In this document: positions 59,642 to 64,000 of the stretch, in pieces
Layout of the letters: each line of letters begins with the position of its first letter
Position numbering within the stretch: the first letter of the stretch is position 1
Assembly (NCBI GenBank): GCA_040754455.1
Contig: JBFMCP010000002.1
Coordinates: forward strand, 175,639-239,638
DNA: 64,000 nt
Origin: Nitrospirota bacterium
Lineage (GTDB): Bacteria > Nitrospirota > Thermodesulfovibrionia > Thermodesulfovibrionales > Dissulfurispiraceae
Reading direction: 5' to 3'
Made by a program: the position numbers and the translations under genes
The notes under the pieces: generated by a model
The model's input: only the letters and a program-made list of their open reading frames with translations
What the model was told of the DNA's origin: nothing
Database searches by the model: none

Positions 59642-60949
59642 ATGAAGCTACTCGAAAAGATCAGATTGAGAAGTGCACGCGTAGGGATTATCGGGCTCGG
59701 TTATGTAGGACTTCCGCTGGTGATCGAATTCTGCAAGGCGGGTTTCGAGGTAACCGGCTTTGACGTGGATGACGCAAAAGTGGCCATGCTGAAAGAGGGA
59801 AAGAGTTATATCAAGCACATCGACAGCTCGCGTATTACCGCCAACGGTTCACATTTCTCGCCGACAACCGATTTTTCCAGATTGTCGGATATGGACTGCA
59901 TTATCATCTGCGTACCTACCCCCCTGAACAAATATCGGGAGCCGGATATGTCCTATGTGCTGAATACGACAAAGACCGTCACCCGCTATCTCTGCAGGGG
60001 GCAGCTCATCGTTCTCGAATCGACCACCTATCCCGGAACTACCGATGGCGACATGAGGGCAATACTCGAGGGAAAAGGGTTGAAGGCAGGCAAGGACTTT
60101 TATCTGGCATTCTCGCCGGAACGGGAAGACCCGAACAACAAGGACTTCTCTACCGGCACTATCCCGAAAGTCGTCGGCGGCTTTACCCCGGAATGCCTCG
60201 AAGTCGCCAAAGCCCTTTACGATTCGATCGTGGTCAAGACCGTGCCGGTCTCTTCGACAAAAGTCGCTGAGGCAGCAAAGCTCCTCGAGAACATCTACAG
60301 GGCCGTCAATATTGCGCTCGTCAATGAGCTTAAAATGCTGTTCGACAGGATGGGTATCGATATATGGGAGGTCATTAACGCGGCGAAGACGAAGCCTTTC
60401 GGGTTCCAGGCGTTTTTTCCGGGTCCGGGGCTTGGCGGCCACTGCATCCCCATCGACCCTTTTTATCTTACCTGGAAGGCACGAGAGTATGAATTTGCAA
60501 CCCGCTTTATCGAACTTGCCGGCGAGATCAACACGCAAATGCCCTATTACGTGGTGGAGAAGGTCAGCAGGATTCTGAACAGGTCGGGAAGGTCGCTGCA
60601 GGGGGCCAACGTCCTCATCCTGGGCATGGCGTACAAGAAAGACATTGACGATCAGAGAGAATCCCCCTCATTGAGAATCGCGCATCTCCTGGGTCAGTCC
60701 GGCGCCGCGGTAACGTATAACGACCCACATGTGCCGGTCTGTAGGGGACACCGGCACTACCCGGACATCGATATGAGGTCATGCGAGCTTACTGCCGAAT
60801 GCCTGCAGAAAGCTGACGTCGTGCTCTTACTGACGGACCACTCTGCGTATGACTACACCTTTATTGAGAAACACGCATGCTGTATTGTGGACACCAGAAA
60901 CGCCTTCGAAAGGGCCGGAGTAAAGAGCGGCAAAATATACAAGGCCTAA
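59642..60949 (+). CDS. Nucleotide sugar dehydrogenase (UDP-GlcNAc 6-dehydrogenase, WbpA-like)
   Basis: IGLGYVGLPL, ICVPTP, ESTTYPGTT, SPEREDP, KLLENIYRAVNIA, GPGLGGHCIPIDP, YKKDIDDQRESP. Confidence 0.92.
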   Translation: MKLLEKIRLRSARVGIIGLGYVGLPLVIEFCKAGFEVTGFDVDDAKVAMLKEGKSYIKHIDSSRITANGSHFSPTTDFSRLSDMDCIIICVPTPLNKYREPDMSYVLNTTKTVTRYLCRGQLIVLESTTYPGTTDGDMRAILEGKGLKAGKDFYLAFSPEREDPNNKDFSTGTIPKVVGGFTPECLEVAKALYDSIVVKTVPVSSTKVAEAAKLLENIYRAVNIALVNELKMLFDRMGIDIWEVINAAKTKPFGFQAFFPGPGLGGHCIPIDPFYLTWKAREYEFATRFIELAGEINTQMPYYVVEKVSRILNRSGRSLQGANVLILGMAYKKDIDDQRESPSLRIAHLLGQSGAAVTYNDPHVPVCRGHRHYPDIDMRSCELTAECLQKADVVLLLTDHSAYDYTFIEKHACCIVDTRNAFERAGVKSGKIYKA

Positions 60950-61040
60950 AGCATCGAATGGACATCGAACCATGAGCGGGAATGAACATAACAGTACGAT
61001 GCCATATCATAAGAGGCCGGCAGTGAGGGGTACTATACAG

Positions 61041-61946
61041 ATGACGAGACAATCGTTCCGGAGACTTATGCTGTTTTTATGTTTCAATATCGCACTTGCC
61101 ATGTTGTTCCGTGAACCTTTGTACAGGCTGGCCGCCCTGTCGCGTACGAGCGAGCTTTACTCCCATATCCCGCTCGTCCCGCTCATAAGCGGATATCTCG
61201 TGTATTTGAGGAGGAAGGAGATATTTTCGCACGTGGACTATTCTCCGGCGGCCGGAGGAGTCCCGACAGCCATTGCAAGTGTACTTTACATCATATGCTT
61301 TGCATACGGGGATCAAGAGAATGCACTCTGTTTTCACTATTCATTATCGCTCGCTGTCTTTGCCTTCATCGTGCTCTGGATCGGCGGATTCATAACTATC
61401 TATGGAAAACAGGCTTTCAAAGGCGCGGCGTTCCCGCTGTTGTTTTTGCTGAACGCCGTTCCGCTGCCTTACGCGGTGCTCGAGCATATCATCAGCTTTT
61501 TGCAGGCTGGTTCCGCCGAGACCGTTGCCGTTTTCTTTAAGGTTATGGGGATACCTTTCGACCGCGCCGGGTTCGTCTTCCATCTCCCGGGGATCAGCAT
61601 CGAAATCGCCGAACAGTGCAGCGGCATCCGCTCGAGCATCGTGCTCTTCATGGTGGGGACCATTATAAGCATGCTCCTTCTGAAAACCGCCTGGAGGAGG
61701 GGTGTGCTCATCGGCATGATCATTCCCCTCGTCATCATCAAAAATAGCATTCGCATTGTAACGCTCTCCTTTCTTGCCGTGTATGTCGATACGGCCATCC
61801 TGACCGATAGCATACTACACCGGAGCGGCGGCATCCTTTTTTTCTTGATCGCCCTTTTCCTGCTGACGCCGGTTCTCAGGATCCTGAGACGATCGGAGCG
61901 AAACTGTCACCAAACACATCAGAGAGAGCTGTCTCATAGCGGGTGA
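61041..61946 (+). CDS. Exosortase (EpsH-type transpeptidase, no fused EpsI domain)
   Basis: YSHIPLVP; catalytic triad motifs IAEQCSGIRS, KNSIRI, ILHRSGG; about 8 TM helices. Confidence 0.9.
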   Translation: MTRQSFRRLMLFLCFNIALAMLFREPLYRLAALSRTSELYSHIPLVPLISGYLVYLRRKEIFSHVDYSPAAGGVPTAIASVLYIICFAYGDQENALCFHYSLSLAVFAFIVLWIGGFITIYGKQAFKGAAFPLLFLLNAVPLPYAVLEHIISFLQAGSAETVAVFFKVMGIPFDRAGFVFHLPGISIEIAEQCSGIRSSIVLFMVGTIISMLLLKTAWRRGVLIGMIIPLVIIKNSIRIVTLSFLAVYVDTAILTDSILHRSGGILFFLIALFLLTPVLRILRRSERNCHQTHQRELSHSG

Positions 61947-61970
61947 GACCTTTTGCAATCAGGATCGGAA

Positions 61971-62315
61971 ATGCTGAGAGCGCTGTTTTACGGGGCGTTG
62001 CTGACGATCTTTGCACTTGCGGTGGCTCCCGAAACCATTGAGGCGCCGGATGTGATGGTCATCTGCGATAAGTTTAATCATCTCGCAGCTTTTGTGCTGT
62101 TGGCTGTACTCTGCGGTGCGGCGTATCCGAACAGGAGTGTACGATGGCAATGCTCCTTTCTGATCTCGTACGGAATGCTCATAGAATGCGTGCAGCTTTT
62201 TCTTTCCTACAGGAATTTCTCTCTCTTTGATATAGCGGCGGACGCCTCCGGAATACTCGTGTATGTTTCCTTTAAACGGACCGGACGCTTCAATTCCCTC
62301 GTGAATAAGAAATAG
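61971..62315 (+). CDS. VanZ-like membrane protein
   Basis: DKFNHLAAF, YGMLIECVQ, RNFSLFDIAAD. Confidence 0.85.
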   Translation: MLRALFYGALLTIFALAVAPETIEAPDVMVICDKFNHLAAFVLLAVLCGAAYPNRSVRWQCSFLISYGMLIECVQLFLSYRNFSLFDIAADASGILVYVSFKRTGRFNSLVNKK

Positions 62316-62428
62316 CGTCTCAAGAGCACGGCTGTACACGTTGAGCATAGATACGGAGGGGATGTGTATTTGTTTGACGCATGCCGCTGCGCGCAGACAG
62401 CGGCAGCCGGCGCGCTCATGAGCCACTG

Positions 62429-63148
62429 ATGACGGTGAAAGAGAAAAAGAGGGAAAGGGGATCTGACGAGGGGATTGTCTCACTGAAAGATATAGAGCTG
62501 TTTTCATCCCTCGGAGCTAAAGAGCTGCGACACATTGCCAAGAGCATCACATTGCAGCAGTACAAGAGGGGGCAGATTATTCTCCACGAAGAGGAGACCA
62601 ATGAGTTCATGTACATAATTTTAGGGGGCGAAGTGAAAGTCGTTCAGAATCTGGAGGGGAAGGAGATTGTCCTCGCCATTCATCATTCAGGTGAATTCTT
62701 CGGTGAAATGAGTCTGATCGACAAAAAGACCATACCGGCAGCCGTCATTGCAAAAACGGACTGCATTGTCGCTCTCATTTCGAAAGAAGCGTTTTATTCG
62801 GTGCTGCTTAAACAGAGCAAGGTTCTTGAAAAACTCCTCACCATACTTATTACACGCTTTCGGGAATCATTACGAACCATTCAGATACTGAGCTTCAAGA
62901 ATGCAGCGCAGCGTGTCAAGATGCTTTTGATCCTGCTCTCGAGGAAATACGGCAGGAAAGAAGATGACAACATAGAATTGAAAATGCGGCTGACGCACCA
63001 GGATATAGCAGAAATGACGGGGCTTACTCGTGAAAGCGTAACGAGAGTCCTCGATAGCTGGCAGAAGAGAGGGGAGATCGCTATCCTCAAGGATAAAAGA
63101 ATATGTCTTACCCCCGCCTTTTTTAAAGATTATGGATATGAGCCGTGA
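62429..63148 (+). CDS. Crp/Fnr family transcriptional regulator
   Basis: LFSSL, YIILGGEVKV, FFGEMSL cNMP-binding domain; LTHQDIAEMTGLTRESVTR HTH; start could be 62381. Confidence 0.92.
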   Translation: MTVKEKKRERGSDEGIVSLKDIELFSSLGAKELRHIAKSITLQQYKRGQIILHEEETNEFMYIILGGEVKVVQNLEGKEIVLAIHHSGEFFGEMSLIDKKTIPAAVIAKTDCIVALISKEAFYSVLLKQSKVLEKLLTILITRFRESLRTIQILSFKNAAQRVKMLLILLSRKYGRKEDDNIELKMRLTHQDIAEMTGLTRESVTRVLDSWQKRGEIAILKDKRICLTPAFFKDYGYEP

Positions 63149-63242
63149 CGGGCGGCCTTTCGCGACAGGTCCGTACACAACGTTTGAGAGGCGGGATATG
63201 ATGGAGCGGAAAAAGTGCTCTGCGCGGTGGGAGGTATCGTTT

Positions 63243-63280
63243 TGTCGGGATTTGTTACATAGATGTTTCGAAATTCGACA
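63243..63280. promoter_or_regulatory. Two TGT-N11-ACA enhancer-like sites, 21 bp apart
   Basis: tgtcgggatttgttaca (63243-63259) and tgtttcgaaattcgaca (63264-63280). Confidence 0.65.
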
Positions 63281-63332
63281 CTACTGCGTTCAAATCCCTC
63301 CTGACGCCCTGCGAAATCAGATGTTTGGATTC

Positions 63333-63348
63333 CGGCATCAAACTTGCT
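63333..63348 (+). promoter_or_regulatory. sigma54 promoter of the small PEP-CTERM gene
   Basis: CGGCATCAAACTTGCT, GG-N10-GC. Confidence 0.7.
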
Positions 63349-63386
63349 TGCGCAAGCAAAAAACTAAAAAAAGGAGGAGTTTCTTT

Positions 63387-63686
63387 ATGCGACGGCTAAT
63401 AGCAATCTGTTTGGTGTTGTTCCTCATGGCATATGCGGTTCCAAGCTTTGCAATGGGGGGAGGCGGGAAGAACAGGCATAGGAGCGCAGCGAGTGCGCAG
63501 CAGGTTTCAAACACTGGCGGGGGAAGCGTCGAAACAGCGATCGTGAATGACGGTCAGAACAATAATGGCGGTCGGGGCAATGTGAACCATAGGGTGCCTG
63601 AACCTGAAATGAGTGCATTAATCGGCAGTCTCATCCTGGGAGGGCTTCTGTTTAACGGTGTGAGAAAGATACGATCGAAGCGGTAA
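63387..63686 (+). CDS. Small PEP-CTERM protein (99 aa)
   Basis: AGGAGG RBS; signal peptide MRRLIAICLVLFLMAYAVPSFA; C-terminal VPEPEMSALIGSLILGGLLFNGVRKIRSKR. Confidence 0.82.
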   Translation: MRRLIAICLVLFLMAYAVPSFAMGGGGKNRHRSAASAQQVSNTGGGSVETAIVNDGQNNNGGRGNVNHRVPEPEMSALIGSLILGGLLFNGVRKIRSKR

Positions 63687-63699
63687 ATCACACAATACG

Positions 63700-63746
63700 G
63701 CCGGAGGCAGAACGGTTATGAAACTTGCTTCGCCTCCGGCTGTTTT
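63700..63746 (+). terminator. Terminator-like hairpin after the PEP-CTERM gene
   Basis: gccggaggc ... gcctccggc followed by tgtttt. Confidence 0.55.
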
Positions 63747-63800
63747 GTGGGGTTTTGGGGATGCGGACAAAGCGGAAAGAATAGAAGAGAGTTTTTTACC

Positions 63801-64000
63801 ATGAAGAACATACTCGTCACAGGCGGCTGCGGGTTTATCGGCTCCAACTTCATCAGGCTGGCGTTACAGCGTTTGCCGGAGTGCCGTCTTGTCAATCTGG
63901 ACAAGCTCACCTATGCGGGCAATCTTAACAACCTGACCGATATCGAAAATGATACACGCTATCGTTTTATAAAGGGCGACATCTGCGACCGTGCCGTAGT
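63801..64000 (+). CDS. rfbB: dTDP-glucose 4,6-dehydratase (3' truncated by window edge)
   Basis: Manual translation [38 protein letters not shown]; not in the ORF track. Confidence 0.92.
   Translation, partial: MKNILVTGGCGFIGSNFIRLALQRLPECRLVNLDKLTYAGNLNNLTDIENDTRYRFIKGDICDRAV

Noticed and set aside
63132..63386. N-terminal extension of the PEP-CTERM ORF to 184 aa
   Set aside because: This region holds the enhancer boxes and sigma54 promoter; RBS and signal peptide place the start at 63387

Overview
Bacterial chromosomal window. Gene content and style suggest a Nitrospirota or deltaproteobacterium-like anaerobe (inference only). The left ~14 kb is mostly housekeeping: 3' end of selB, an HtrA protease, PIN/TRAM-ispD-ispF, a major porin, a four-helix-bundle gene enclosed by inverted heptamer arrays, a TPR gene, tRNA-Val(CAC), a DinG helicase and gap-ldh-pgi. 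From 16.3 kb to the right edge is one co-directional >47 kb Wzx/Wzy exopolysaccharide plus PEP-CTERM/exosortase locus. It is headed by a sigma54 promoter, three TGT-N11-ACA boxes and a NusG-paralog antiterminator. Most unusual: (i) a stand-alone adenylation enzyme, carrier protein and prolyl-PCP-dehydrogenase-like trio embedded next to vioA and several GNAT/FemAB-like transferases, suggesting NRPS-type acyl decoration of a surface glycan; (ii) a priming sugar transferase fused to a degenerate GGDEF-like domain with an intact RxxD I-site; (iii) a DUF849/BKACE gene in frame with a hexapeptide acyltransferase; (iv) a family of inverted 7-mer repeat elements, one carrying a four-helix-bundle ORF; (v) large secreted repeat proteins with gene-conversion-like identical blocks. 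No CRISPR array, rRNA, transposase, integrase or reverse transcriptase was seen. All family calls come from motif recognition by eye, not database searches.
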